DNA of 64,000 nt from Cyanobacteria bacterium P01_A01_bin.123 (GTDB lineage Bacteria; Cyanobacteriota; Cyanobacteriia; Phormidesmidales; Phormidesmidaceae). The translations under genes and the position numbers were made by a program. The DNA is taken from the NCBI GenBank assembly GCA_039815185.1, contig JBCBZT010000040.1, positions 1 through 64,000 of the forward strand. The letters are read 5' to 3'. The number at the start of each line of letters is the position of its first letter. Position 1 is the stretch's first letter. The notes beneath the pieces are model-generated. The model ran no database searches and was not told the DNA's origin. It worked only from the letters and a program-made list of their open reading frames with translations. Shown here in pieces: positions 41,497-52,709 of this stretch.

Positions 41497-41946
41497 TTAC
41501 AATTCGCCGCGAATTTCTTCGACCACACCATCCCGCAGCAAAATCTCAACCTGCATCTTTTTGATCAGGTTGTCCCCTGTAGCTAGCCGAAAGAAACTTT
41601 CGACTTGGCCTTGGCTGACCTCTTTATCGAGTTCTAGGGTTTGCACCTGCTGCAACTGCTGCAAAATTTGGTTCTTTTGCTGGAGCAGCTTGCTCTTATC
41701 TTGGTTGAGCTTGCCCTGGACGCTGCTGATTTGCTGGCCCACCCCCGCATCATCGGGATTAGTATTTTGCTTCTGGATTTCGGAGACCATCCGTTGCCCT
41801 TGCATTTCCAACTGCTGCAGCTTGCTGTCAATCTGGTTCAGCTGGTTTTGCATTTGCTTTTGGGCTTCTTCTTTCCAAAGGGGGGTGACAATCGCTTTGA
41901 TATTGACAACCCGCTTCAGCAACAAATGAGATTGGGAGACATCCAT
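41497..41946 (-). CDS. YlqD-family protein
   Basis: LKRVVNIKAIVTPLWKEE, Q-rich coiled coil, GDNLIKKMQVEILLRDGVVEEIRG; usual aas-ylqD-pdhC synteny. Confidence 0.88.
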   Translation of the reverse strand: MDVSQSHLLLKRVVNIKAIVTPLWKEEAQKQMQNQLNQIDSKLQQLEMQGQRMVSEIQKQNTNPDDAGVGQQISSVQGKLNQDKSKLLQQKNQILQQLQQVQTLELDKEVSQGQVESFFRLATGDNLIKKMQVEILLRDGVVEEIRGEL

Positions 41947-42177
41947 AGAACTAGCTGGGTGAAAAATTTCCTAAGTGCGCTGGCTGATGATTAAACCACA
42001 CCCGCCCTGAAACCTTGACTAGGAAGCAGGATTACGTCCCAACAGGGAAAATAGCGGATCTGGATGGGCCAAGGTTTTCATGGCCTGTTCTAGGCTTGCA
42101 TAGGGCGACACGGTCGCGATTGTTTTTAGCCAACTTGGCAAAACGTTCACAAAACCGTAAAGCTAAGCAAACGTTAG

Positions 42178-44139
42178 TTAAGAAAACATCGCGTCAATCA
42201 TACCGCGATAGTGCTCCGCCACGATGGGGCGGCGTACCTTCAGGGTTTGAGTCATCATGCCATTCTCGATGGTGAATGGCTCACTCAGCAACTGGAATTG
42301 CCCAACCCGATCGTCTGGACGATATCCAGGTCGGCCTTTGATTTCTCGATTGAGTTCTTGTTTGATCAGCTTCTGCACCGGTTCACTGGACAGGGCGAGG
42401 GCATTATGCGACCCATCCTCGGTTTGATTGGGCAAGGCGAGGGTCGTATACCCTTGAGCGATCGCCCACTGTTCTAGCGCCTCTAGGTTGGGTACAATCA
42501 GCGCTCCTAGCACCTTTTGGTCTTGCCCCACCAGCATGATTTGATCAATGTAGGTGCTGCGAATGCAGGCATTTTCAATCGGCAAGGGTTCAATGTTTTC
42601 GCCGTTGGTCAACACGATGGTGTCTTTGGCTCGACCCGTGATAATCAAATCGCCCCAACGGGTGACCTTGCCTAAATCCCCCGTGTCAAACCAGCCCTCT
42701 GGATCAATGGCCTTGGCAGTGGCTTCTGGATTTTTATAATATCCCTGCATCACCTGAATCCCCCGAAGCAAGACCAACCCTTGCTGGCCCGCAGGCAACC
42801 CTTGACGACTCTCCAAATCGACGATCCGAGTTTCGGTGTTGGGTAGGGGTTGACCATCGGCCCCGCGCAGGTTGCGCCAAGGGCGTCGCACATGGGTAAT
42901 GGGGGCAGTCTCGGTGAGGCCATAGCCGCCTAAAATGGGAATGCCAACGATTTCATAAAAATCTTCTAGATGCTCGGCAATAGAGCCGCCGCCGCTGACC
43001 ACAAAGTCGATGTTGCCCCCGGTGCCTGCCCGCACTTTTTTGTAAACGATGGCATCACCCAAACGGTGCAGTGGCCAAAGAAACGGGAGCGTTAGTCCGG
43101 CCAGCAGTTTTTGCCCCAGGGAGGGTTCCAGGTTTTCTAAATCCAGCCCCTGCCAGGTGCGTTTGGCGTAGAGGTAGCGATGGCTCTGGGTGAAAAAGAA
43201 GTTGATTAAGGATTGCTTTTTTTGAGGCTGCTCGCGGAACTGCTTTTGCACCCCTTCATAAATTGACTCCCACAGACGGGGCACGCCCACCATGTAATTG
43301 GGTTGAAAGTCTTTCAGATCCTTTTTGACGAAGCGAATATTGGTGTAGATCTGGGTGCAGCCTTGGGAAAGAACGAAATATTCAAAGGTGCGTTCGTAGC
43401 AGTGCCAAATGGGCAAGATGCTCAACACCTTTTGCCCCGGCGTGAAGGCCACGACCGAACAAGCCCCCGCCACCTGGGAGAGCAGGTTATCGTGGGTCAG
43501 CATTACCCCCTTGGGTCTGCCGGAGGTACCGGAGGTGTACATTAGCGTGGCCACGGCACTGCGATTGTGGGAAACGGGTTGTAGGGTAGCCGCGTCTCCC
43601 GAAGCCATGACGTCAGAGAATCTCAGGAGTTTATAGGGTAGTTCTCCCTGGGGCGTTTCGTCTGAAAGTAGGACGACGAACCGCAACGGGATATCCCCTA
43701 AGCCATCGGCGAGTTTATTTAAGGTGGCTTGATCTTGCACAATCATCGCCACGCTATCGCTATGGGAGAGAATGTAAAGCAGCTCTTCCCGCTCGGCTTG
43801 GGAGCCGCGCACGGCGTTGGTGGCACCCGTCATCATGATGCCCTGGTCAGCGATTAACCAATAGGGATTGTTATCTGAAAATAAGGCGACGCGATCGCCG
43901 CGTTGAATCCCTAAGGATTGCAGACCAGCGGCAAATTGTTGAATCTGGCGGTGCAACTCGGCAAACGTGAGCGTGATCTGGGGGTCGCTGTGGGGATCGT
44001 AAAGGGCGGTAACGCTGCCAAAGCGCTGAGCCGCGATCGCCCAAATCTCTGATACTGACTGAGCTGCACCGTAGTCAACAGCTTGATTGAGGTTGGCTTG
44101 TTCTTGTGGCGTCAGGGGGAAAGTGCCAGAGAGACCCAT
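42178..44139 (-). CDS. aas: Long-chain acyl-ACP/CoA synthetase (Aas)
   Basis: YTSGTSGRPKG, GYGLTET, WFDTGD, GRAKD and TQTLK motifs. Confidence 0.88.
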   Translation of the reverse strand: MGLSGTFPLTPQEQANLNQAVDYGAAQSVSEIWAIAAQRFGSVTALYDPHSDPQITLTFAELHRQIQQFAAGLQSLGIQRGDRVALFSDNNPYWLIADQGIMMTGATNAVRGSQAEREELLYILSHSDSVAMIVQDQATLNKLADGLGDIPLRFVVLLSDETPQGELPYKLLRFSDVMASGDAATLQPVSHNRSAVATLMYTSGTSGRPKGVMLTHDNLLSQVAGACSVVAFTPGQKVLSILPIWHCYERTFEYFVLSQGCTQIYTNIRFVKKDLKDFQPNYMVGVPRLWESIYEGVQKQFREQPQKKQSLINFFFTQSHRYLYAKRTWQGLDLENLEPSLGQKLLAGLTLPFLWPLHRLGDAIVYKKVRAGTGGNIDFVVSGGGSIAEHLEDFYEIVGIPILGGYGLTETAPITHVRRPWRNLRGADGQPLPNTETRIVDLESRQGLPAGQQGLVLLRGIQVMQGYYKNPEATAKAIDPEGWFDTGDLGKVTRWGDLIITGRAKDTIVLTNGENIEPLPIENACIRSTYIDQIMLVGQDQKVLGALIVPNLEALEQWAIAQGYTTLALPNQTEDGSHNALALSSEPVQKLIKQELNREIKGRPGYRPDDRVGQFQLLSEPFTIENGMMTQTLKVRRPIVAEHYRGMIDAMFS

Positions 44140-44370
44140 GAGACTTACTCCATAAAGTATGGGTTTGCATCACGCGGTTAGCCGAGACTACCGCAGCTAT
44201 TTGAAGCCTATAAACAGATTACCGTCTGGGGCAGCGGCTAAGGACACAATCTGGACTGGTCGACCTCGCAAAGCAAAGGATGCCGTAGGTTTCTGGCTTA
44301 CACTAGTAATTACTTATGGTACCCATAGGTCTGTTAAGTCGGTTTTACCTAATCTGGAGGCGAACTCAAA

Positions 44371-44655
44371 ATGCCAAAAGCGATTTGGAACGGGGTAGTT
44401 GTGGCCGAAAGCGATCGCTGTGAAGTGGTCGAAGGCAACCAGTATTTTCCACCGGACTCGATTAAGTCAGAATATTTCACCCCCAGTGAAAAACAAACCA
44501 GCTGTCCCTGGAAAGGGACGTCCAGCTATTACACATTAGTCGTCAACGGCAAAACTAATCCAGACGCCGCTTGGTATTACCCAGACCCCAAATCAGCAGC
44601 GGCAAACATTAAGGATCACGTTGCGTTTTGGCGGGGTGTAACCGTGGAAGCATAG
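44371..44655 (+). CDS. DUF427 protein
   Basis: VEGNQYFPP, CPWKG, AAWYYP and HVAFW motifs. Confidence 0.92.
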   Translation: MPKAIWNGVVVAESDRCEVVEGNQYFPPDSIKSEYFTPSEKQTSCPWKGTSSYYTLVVNGKTNPDAAWYYPDPKSAAANIKDHVAFWRGVTVEA

Positions 44656-44729
44656 CAGAGATGCTGGAGAATTCATGCGGATCCCCTCAATGGGCTGTGT
44701 ATATCTAGCTAGGTTTATAAGGTAAAGCC

Positions 44730-46025
44730 GTGTCTAAACCCAGTTCTTCCAGCGCTTTTGAGACGATGCGAACCCCTGCGATCGCACTTTTGACCACCCT
44801 TGCAGCTTTTGCCGCTTATCGTCAGCAAGCCGATGGCTCTACCCGACCGATTGAAGATCTCGAATCCACCGATGCTGAAGAAACCGCGTCCAGGTTTGAC
44901 TTTGAGACCGCATCCTTAACCCCTCAAGGGACGGTCGCATTACCGGAAACACAACTCTCCCAAGATCTAAGCCAGGCTAGGTCACGGTTAAGCGAAACCA
45001 CGACCAGCTCTTCGAGCCAAATTGGTTTGGGGCGATCCAGGCGCATGGGTTTGAGTCAGCTGACGGCTCAGATTAATGCCTCTATCGCGCAAACCCGTTC
45101 AGATCGGCTAAGCCAGGGTAATTTGGGGACTCTAGGGGGCAATTACGCTAACCCGGCTCTAGCGGGTCAAGCGCAACCCTTTGCAGCACCGACGGTTGCA
45201 CCTACGGTTACGCTCTCAGCACTGCCGTCCCCGCCCCTGGTTTTGCCAGCTCCCCCCGTCCATGTCCATGTCAACAACGTCAATCCTGGCGTTCGGAACT
45301 ATTCCACTCCCCCGAGTGCTGCTGCCTTACAGACTCCCCAGGCGACGGGCTATCCGATTGATCATAATCCGAACCCCCGGAACTATCCCACTAGCCCCAG
45401 CGCTGCTGCCTTACAAGCCCCCCAGGCGACGGGCTATCCCGTTCATCAACCTGAGACGGGTTCAAAACAACCGCAATTTTCTGGCCAAGCGATCGCGGCA
45501 GCAACCCCATCACAGCTCAATGCAGTCCCTTCAAGGCAGGCTGCTGATAGCCTATCGGCGAAGCCCCAGGGTTCCCCAGCGATCGCCGCTCAAGTTCCCG
45601 AAACTACCCTGGCGACCGAGCCGGAAACAACGCCTGCCATGGCAGGGCAATATCGCTTTAGCGATCGCCTCCAGGTTCGACCCATTGATGCGCTCACCGT
45701 CTCGGCCCCTCAAGGCTTGGCCCCCCAAGTCACTGCCAATCACGAAGCCGCTTGTGCCCTCCAACCCACGGCTTCAGAATCGGCTCCAGATTTAAATCTC
45801 CTGTTGGCTGAAGAGACTGCAACGCTTGCGGCACAGCAGGCCAAAGAAGTCATCCAGTCAGCCAATCCGTCTCAATCGGATGCCTCCGCCCCTACCCGAG
45901 ACGCCAATTTGTCTAACAGCACTGCCGTTTGCGAAGACGACACCAACGTGTTGGCACAGAGAATGCCCGAGGCCGCCACTGCGGGAACCCCAATCCCGGG
46001 TATCGTACTATCCCCTACCCTGTAA
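44730..46025 (+). CDS. Low-complexity S/A/P/T/Q-rich hypothetical protein
   Basis: 431-aa ORF with a hydrophobic N-terminal segment and an in-frame 84-bp internal duplication; overlaps the next gene by 154 bp. Confidence 0.55.
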   Translation: MSKPSSSSAFETMRTPAIALLTTLAAFAAYRQQADGSTRPIEDLESTDAEETASRFDFETASLTPQGTVALPETQLSQDLSQARSRLSETTTSSSSQIGLGRSRRMGLSQLTAQINASIAQTRSDRLSQGNLGTLGGNYANPALAGQAQPFAAPTVAPTVTLSALPSPPLVLPAPPVHVHVNNVNPGVRNYSTPPSAAALQTPQATGYPIDHNPNPRNYPTSPSAAALQAPQATGYPVHQPETGSKQPQFSGQAIAAATPSQLNAVPSRQAADSLSAKPQGSPAIAAQVPETTLATEPETTPAMAGQYRFSDRLQVRPIDALTVSAPQGLAPQVTANHEAACALQPTASESAPDLNLLLAEETATLAAQQAKEVIQSANPSQSDASAPTRDANLSNSTAVCEDDTNVLAQRMPEAATAGTPIPGIVLSPTL

Positions 46026-47410
46026 AGCCCCCGAATTGGGGTGTGACAACTGGGAAACATCCCCTCCCCAGCCGGGATAGCTGGGCCGTAGGTGCCTTGA
46101 TAGCGACGCAGATAGCGTTGGTGAGTCAGCGGTGTGCCAATTAAGTTAACCACAATGCGATCGCGCAGGTCAGGGATGACTTTTTCAATGGCCTGGTAGA
46201 GCGGTTCAGCTCGAACCTGTTTGCGCTCAGCATAGCCTTCATCACGCTGCCAACCTTCCCAGGGTTCTAAGGTGTAGGCATGGATCACGTGGTGCCCCGC
46301 TGGGGCCAGGTTGGGGGCTAGCACTGAAGGAATAGAAATCATGCAGGTGTTGCCTGGGGCAGTAATGTCGCGCTCGCTTTGGTGCACCACCACATGATGA
46401 ATCGTCAGATCATCTAACCCCTCTGCCCGGATGCCCAAATGCAAATGCATAAAGCTGTCAACCGCTTGGGTTTGCAGCAACTGTTGGCGATAGGGCTGGG
46501 GTAAATCCTCCGGAGCCAGCAGGTGAGTGAACGTATCCCACACCGTTGCGTTAGAAATTACCCTGGCAGCGTCAATCACTTCACCCGTTTTCAGCCGCAC
46601 GCCCACGGCTTGCCCCTGGGACACCAAAATCTTGTCTACGTGGGCGTTGAGTCGCAGTTCGCCGCCATACTTTTTGAGCCCCCGTACCAGGGCGTCCACA
46701 ATTGCACCACTCCCCTCGACTGGATAGTCAATCACCGAGTGGGTGCGTTCCCCAAACATGAAGGCCACTTCTGGAGCAACCGTGCCGTGGGCGTCGAGGC
46801 CAGAAAGCAAAAAGCACTCCAAATCAATTAACCGCCGCACGAAAGGATCTTGCACGGTTTGATCCATCAAATCACCGACTGAGCCTTGCAGCGCTCTGGT
46901 TTTGGGCAATAGCTTCAAGAGCGGCCAACCGTAGCGTCTCAACAGCGTCGGAATCAGTCCTAAATCGGCCCGCAGTGCCAACGTGGGAATATCTTTTAGA
47001 CCGTCGTAGAGATTGAGCAGCTTGGCTTCAAGACCTTTGAGTTCTGCTGCCCCTGTGGGGGTGAACTGGGCGATCGCGTTGCGGTAGCGCTCCACATCAC
47101 CATAAATCGGCAGCGTCCCTTCTGGGAAATGGTAGTGACCGAGGGGATCGTAAGCGATCGCGTCTACGGATTCTTCCAGTACATCTAGCACTTGACGGAG
47201 GGGATTGAGCGACCCGCGATCGCTCAATCCACAGTAAAACGACGGCCCCGAATCAAACCGAAACCCACCCCGCGAAAATTCATGGGCGGCCCCACCCGCG
47301 ACGGAGTGGCTTTCGCAAATAATGACGCGATGACCGTAGCGAGCGAGCAGCGCTCCGGCGACGAGGCCACCAATGCCGCTACCGATGATCAGGGTGGGAG
47401 ACATGGGCAT
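45872..47410 (-). CDS. FAD-dependent oxidoreductase, phytoene desaturase/carotenoid isomerase family
   Basis: IIGSGIGG, FDSGPS, GTPLTH, GTYGP and GDSTIPGIGVPAVAASG motifs. Confidence 0.9.
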   Translation of the reverse strand: MPMSPTLIIGSGIGGLVAGALLARYGHRVIICESHSVAGGAAHEFSRGGFRFDSGPSFYCGLSDRGSLNPLRQVLDVLEESVDAIAYDPLGHYHFPEGTLPIYGDVERYRNAIAQFTPTGAAELKGLEAKLLNLYDGLKDIPTLALRADLGLIPTLLRRYGWPLLKLLPKTRALQGSVGDLMDQTVQDPFVRRLIDLECFLLSGLDAHGTVAPEVAFMFGERTHSVIDYPVEGSGAIVDALVRGLKKYGGELRLNAHVDKILVSQGQAVGVRLKTGEVIDAARVISNATVWDTFTHLLAPEDLPQPYRQQLLQTQAVDSFMHLHLGIRAEGLDDLTIHHVVVHQSERDITAPGNTCMISIPSVLAPNLAPAGHHVIHAYTLEPWEGWQRDEGYAERKQVRAEPLYQAIEKVIPDLRDRIVVNLIGTPLTHQRYLRRYQGTYGPAIPAGEGMFPSCHTPIRGLYRVGDSTIPGIGVPAVAASGILCANTLVSSSQTAVLLDKLASRVGAEASD

Positions 47411-47440
47411 GAAAGGTGATCTGAGCAGTTTGAAGTTTTT

Positions 47441-47510
47441 GAGGTCCCCAAACCCCCAAAATTTGGGGCTTTGAGTCTTGTTCCCCACAGGATTGGGGGG
47501 CTAGGGGCTA
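47441..47510. repeat. Cyanobacterial double-hairpin CCCC/GGGG dispersed repeat
   Basis: CCCCAAACCCCCAAAATTTGGGGCTTTGAGTC...CAGGATTGGGGGGCTAGGGG; near-copy at 47748-47816. Confidence 0.8.
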
Positions 47511-47680
47511 ATGCAGAACTTTCAGGAGTCATACAAGATTTGTAGCTTGAAGATAACGCGATCTGTGTTTGAGGGTTGGAGATCAGAAAGTCTCACCATC
47601 TGCGGCATCTCTCTTTAACAATGCTCTAACTACACACCTCATATGAGACGCTAAAGTTTTGCTCGATCCCCCTAAATCCC

Positions 47681-47884
47681 TAGGGATTATTCTTGAGGCA
47701 AAAACTATTCTGATAGAAAGCGACTGTCAAAGTCATTAAAGGTTTGTGAGGCCCCCAAACCCCCAAAATTGGGGGCTTTGAGTCTTTCCCCCCAGGATTG
47801 GGGGGCTAGGGGGGCCTGGATAGCGTTGAATTCCCTTCCAAAAAACTGCTAATTGGATTTTCTTCTGTGAGAGAATTAACTCTA
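47681..47884. mobile_element. MITE-like element with 11-bp target-site duplication
   Basis: Flanked by direct CCCTAAATCCC (47670-47680 and 47885-47895); imperfect TIRs TAGGGATTATTCT / TAGAGTTAATTCT; no ORF. Confidence 0.65.
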
Positions 47885-47914
47885 CCCTAAATCCCCCTAA
47901 AAAAAGCGATTGTC

Positions 47915-49048
<1,134 letters not shown>

Positions 49049-49234
49049 TTAATCCGGTTCCCTCCTTTTTTTAAGGAGGGCTAGGAAGGATCAGTTCAAC
49101 TGGTGTGCGCAGCAACCCTTTCAGCAGCGTCACGATTTTCTCCATTGAGTCAATCCGCGTCCTTAAAACTTGGGGAAATTCGGATAAACCGTCAGTAAGA
49201 TGGGGTGGAGTCTAGATTTTGAATTTCGTCGCGG

Positions 49235-51859
49235 ATGAAAAAGGTTGCACTGCTGATTGGGGTGAGTGAATACGAACCGGGTTTGACCCCGTTGCCCGGT
49301 GCCCTCAAAGATATCGAAGCACTGCAACAGGTCTTGGTGCATCCAGAGATGGGTGGCTTTGCTGAGACGGATATTACTGTGTTGCCCAATCCGCAAAGAC
49401 AGCAGATGGAAGATGCCATCTATGATCTGTTTGCGAATCGCCAGAAAAACGATCTAATCCTGCTCTTTTTCTCAGGGCATGGTGTCAAAAATGATCAAGG
49501 CAAGCTTTTCCTGACGACACGTGAAACCTATAAGACCCAGCGAGGAGAACTCCGCCCGACTAGCGCAGTTCGAGCTAGCTTTGTCCATGAACAAATGACG
49601 AATAGCCGTTCAAAACGGCAGATTGTCATTTTAGATAGCTGCTTTAGCGGCGCTTTTGCCGAGGGGATGGCGGCTAAGGATGATGGCAAGGTAGATCTCA
49701 AAGCCCAACTCGGCGGCGAAGGTCGGGCAGTGTTGGCCTCTTCTAGTTCGGTGCAATATTCGTTTGAGCAGGAAGGCGAAGATCTGTCGATTTATACCCG
49801 CTATCTCATTGAAGGGATTCAAACCGGGGCGGCGGATGCCAATGAGGATGGCCATATCTCTATCGATGAGCTGCACGAGTATGCCCGCCGCAAGGTGGCT
49901 GAAGCAGCCCCAGCCATGACGCCAGAAATTTATGCGGTGAAGGAGGGCTATAAGATTCACTTGGCCAACGCCCCCATGGGTGATCCCAAGTTGGAGTATC
50001 GCAAAGAGGTAGAGCGCCGTGTGCAGAATGGCAAAATTTCAGGAATTGGCAAGCGCATCCTCAAAAGGCGACAGGAGGAACTGGGACTTTCGGCTGAGGA
50101 AGCTAAAGCGATTCAAGATACGGTATTAGAGCCCTTCAAAAAGTATCAGGCAAGTCTTCAAGAATACAAAGAGGCTTTGGCAGAAGCGTTAGAAGAGTTT
50201 GGAGGACAGTTTGATGAATTTACCCTCAATGAATTGAAGCGGTTTCAGGCAATGTTGCGATTGCGGGATGAGGATGTTCGAGCGATAGAGGCAGTAGTTG
50301 TGCCTCAGCAGATAAGGGAGGAGGTGTCTCCTGAAATATCTCAGCCAGTAGAGCAAAAAGTATCTACTGTCTCTGTTCAAGAACCGCAATCTACAGGGAA
50401 TTTAACAGAGGATGATCTCAGTTCTGAGAAAGGCGTTGATTACACCAAATTACGAGACTTGCTAAAAGTAGGGCAGTGGAAAGATGCCGATCGAGAAACT
50501 TATCAAATCATGGATCAAGTTTTGAATGAAGACTGGTCTAGAGAAGCATTGCTTAACTTCCCCTGTAAAGATTTGCTGATGATTGATCGGCTTTGGGCGA
50601 AATATAGCGACGATAAATTCGGCTTTAGTGTACAGAAAAAAATCTATGCCGATTGCGGTGCTAACCTCAACGGGAAATACCCAGGTGATAAGATCTGGTA
50701 CGCTTTTTGCGAACAAGTTGGCTGGCGTAAGAATAGAAAATGGGTTAACGCGAAATACTCAACAAAAGCACCAGAAGGTCATCTCCCTGGAGCGTTGAGG
50801 GAATTGGCAGGGTATTACGGGGTATGTTGGGGAGTGTATCTCTTCTCTTGTATTCAGACTTGTGATGATGATCTCAGTTCTGAACAAGGCATCGACTATA
50901 CAAAATTACGAAACTTGCTAAAAGCAGGTCAATGGCAAGAAGCCGATGAAGAAACTTACGAAGTAATGAATCAAGTTTTGGACGGAAATTGGTCTCATCA
51001 TGCACTGATTAAATTTTCCTGTAAGGATTTGCTAACCATTGATCGACTTTGGGTGAAATACAGTGATGGCAAGTTCGGCTTTAGTGTACAGCAGGAAATC
51101 TATGTCACCTGCGGTGCGAAGACTGATGAGAATCGCCCAGGCGATAAAGTTTGGTATGCGTTTTGCACCAAGGTTGGTTGGCTTAAGGTTAATGAGTGGA
51201 TTGCTATGAAGTTCACGATAAAAGCACCAAAGGGACATCTCCCCGGTTTAGGATTTGGGGTTAATACTTTTTGGGGAGGATTTCGATTTAATAGTGGATT
51301 CTTTTCTCTTGCATCCAGACTCGCGAAATGTAACCCAACAACTGTATCTCAGTCAGCAAGAAGAGAAGTGTATGCTTCTTCTATTCGGGAAGAGCAAAAT
51401 CCACATGATTCAACGGGTGATGATCTTATTTCTGAACAAGGCATCGACTATACAAAATTACGAAACTTGCTAAAAGCAGGTCAATGGCAAGAAGCCGATA
51501 AAGAAACTTACAAAGTAATGAATCAAGTTTTAGATGGAAACTCGTCTAGAGACGCATTTCTCAACTTTCCTTGCAAGGATTTGCTAACTATTGACAGACT
51601 GTGGGTGAAATATAGTAGAGGTAAGTTTGGCTTTAGTGTGCAGAAGCAAATCTATATTGCCTGCGGAGCTACAATCGATGGTACATATCCAGATAACGAA
51701 ATTTGGTATGCGTTTTGTGAAACGGTCGGCTGGCGCGTGAATGGCAATTGGGCAACTTTAAAATTCACCCTGAAGTCGCACAGGGGACATCTCCCATGCC
51801 GTCATTCTTATTCGTTAGCCAGAAAAAACATTCTCCTTTTCACAAATCAGTACTTGTGA
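49235..51859 (+). CDS. Caspase-family (C14) protease with three GUN4-like domains
   Basis: FFSGHG/ILDSC dyad; three DDL.SE.G.DYTKLR.LL..GQW..AD.ET...IDRLW..YS..KFGFSVQ...GHLP units. Confidence 0.9.
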   Translation: MKKVALLIGVSEYEPGLTPLPGALKDIEALQQVLVHPEMGGFAETDITVLPNPQRQQMEDAIYDLFANRQKNDLILLFFSGHGVKNDQGKLFLTTRETYKTQRGELRPTSAVRASFVHEQMTNSRSKRQIVILDSCFSGAFAEGMAAKDDGKVDLKAQLGGEGRAVLASSSSVQYSFEQEGEDLSIYTRYLIEGIQTGAADANEDGHISIDELHEYARRKVAEAAPAMTPEIYAVKEGYKIHLANAPMGDPKLEYRKEVERRVQNGKISGIGKRILKRRQEELGLSAEEAKAIQDTVLEPFKKYQASLQEYKEALAEALEEFGGQFDEFTLNELKRFQAMLRLRDEDVRAIEAVVVPQQIREEVSPEISQPVEQKVSTVSVQEPQSTGNLTEDDLSSEKGVDYTKLRDLLKVGQWKDADRETYQIMDQVLNEDWSREALLNFPCKDLLMIDRLWAKYSDDKFGFSVQKKIYADCGANLNGKYPGDKIWYAFCEQVGWRKNRKWVNAKYSTKAPEGHLPGALRELAGYYGVCWGVYLFSCIQTCDDDLSSEQGIDYTKLRNLLKAGQWQEADEETYEVMNQVLDGNWSHHALIKFSCKDLLTIDRLWVKYSDGKFGFSVQQEIYVTCGAKTDENRPGDKVWYAFCTKVGWLKVNEWIAMKFTIKAPKGHLPGLGFGVNTFWGGFRFNSGFFSLASRLAKCNPTTVSQSARREVYASSIREEQNPHDSTGDDLISEQGIDYTKLRNLLKAGQWQEADKETYKVMNQVLDGNSSRDAFLNFPCKDLLTIDRLWVKYSRGKFGFSVQKQIYIACGATIDGTYPDNEIWYAFCETVGWRVNGNWATLKFTLKSHRGHLPCRHSYSLARKNILLFTNQYL

Positions 51860-51949
51860 AGTTTAGTCTGCACGTTTTGTTGAGGAAGTTCAAAAGTCTT
51901 GTAAATAGGCATTCAACACGAAGCAGCAAGGATACGCTTTCTCTGAGAA

Positions 51950-51979
51950 GTAGGGTGCGTTGCTTTGAGCAAATGCACC
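51950..51979. repeat. GTAG-family REP hairpin
   Basis: GTAG-GGTGCGTT-GCTTTGAGCA-AATGCACC. Confidence 0.65.
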
Positions 51980-52089
51980 ATTAAATACCGGATGAGCCCG
52001 CCTCTATGCAGGGCTGATTCAAAGTCATGAGAGAAAACTTACAGCAATTCATTAGCGTACGGTGCTGTATAGCCCAAAAGGCCTGGATG

Positions 52090-52188
52090 CCAACTGGTTG
52101 GTGTTTGACAAAGATGGTGGTGAACTGGATTGTAGGGATGCTTTATACGGACTTGGTTAATCGCAGTACGTAGGGCATGACGAGCAAT
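52090..52188 (-). pseudogene. REP-associated tyrosine transposase (RAYT) relic
   Basis: Translates IARHALRTAINQVRIKHP-YNPVHHHLCQTPTSW: N- and C-terminal RAYT motifs fused, with the HUH core missing. Confidence 0.6.
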
Positions 52189-52278
52189 AATTAAATGCGC
52201 ACTATAGGCACGCCCAGGGAGTAATGATCAGGAAAATCAAATACGATTTGCCCCTGAGTTTACCCCCTGTGACTGTCT

Positions 52279-52689
52279 TCATCCGAAAAGAACGGCTATT
52301 GACCAGCCCAAACCTAACGCCCCGGCAAATAACCCGGCTAGTCTGATAAAGGCTTGTCGGACAGTCATCAATTTCAACAGCGTGATTCCTAAGTTTCCAA
52401 AAATCAAAAAGTTAATGGATACGGTCATCCCCACGCCATAATTAACCAAAAGACTCTCTGGGCTCGGAAAGATAATTGCCAGCAAACACGTGATGCCAAT
52501 GCTTAGATATATGATGGGTCTTTGAAATAGACAAACCATACCCGCATAGAAAATAGCGATCGCTAACCCGCCTAAGCCAATTAACCCAGACAATTCAGGC
52601 AGAGAGAAAAACACACCCGTGATCGCTGCCCAGAAAATGCCAACCAGTAGCAGCAACCCGTTTTGTTTTGAGAATTTAGGTTGCACCAT
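52279..52689 (-). CDS. Small polytopic membrane protein
   Basis: 136 aa, about 5 hydrophobic segments; 21 bp downstream of the LRR gene. Confidence 0.6.
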   Translation of the reverse strand: MVQPKFSKQNGLLLLVGIFWAAITGVFFSLPELSGLIGLGGLAIAIFYAGMVCLFQRPIIYLSIGITCLLAIIFPSPESLLVNYGVGMTVSINFLIFGNLGITLLKLMTVRQAFIRLAGLFAGALGLGWSIAVLFG

Positions 52690-52709
52690 ATCACTACAGT
52701 TCAGTAAAT

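Noticed and set aside
49235..51859. Complete diversity-generating retroelement
   Set aside because: No reverse transcriptase or TR/VR pair with adenine-only mismatches is visible in this window; kept only as a hypothesis.
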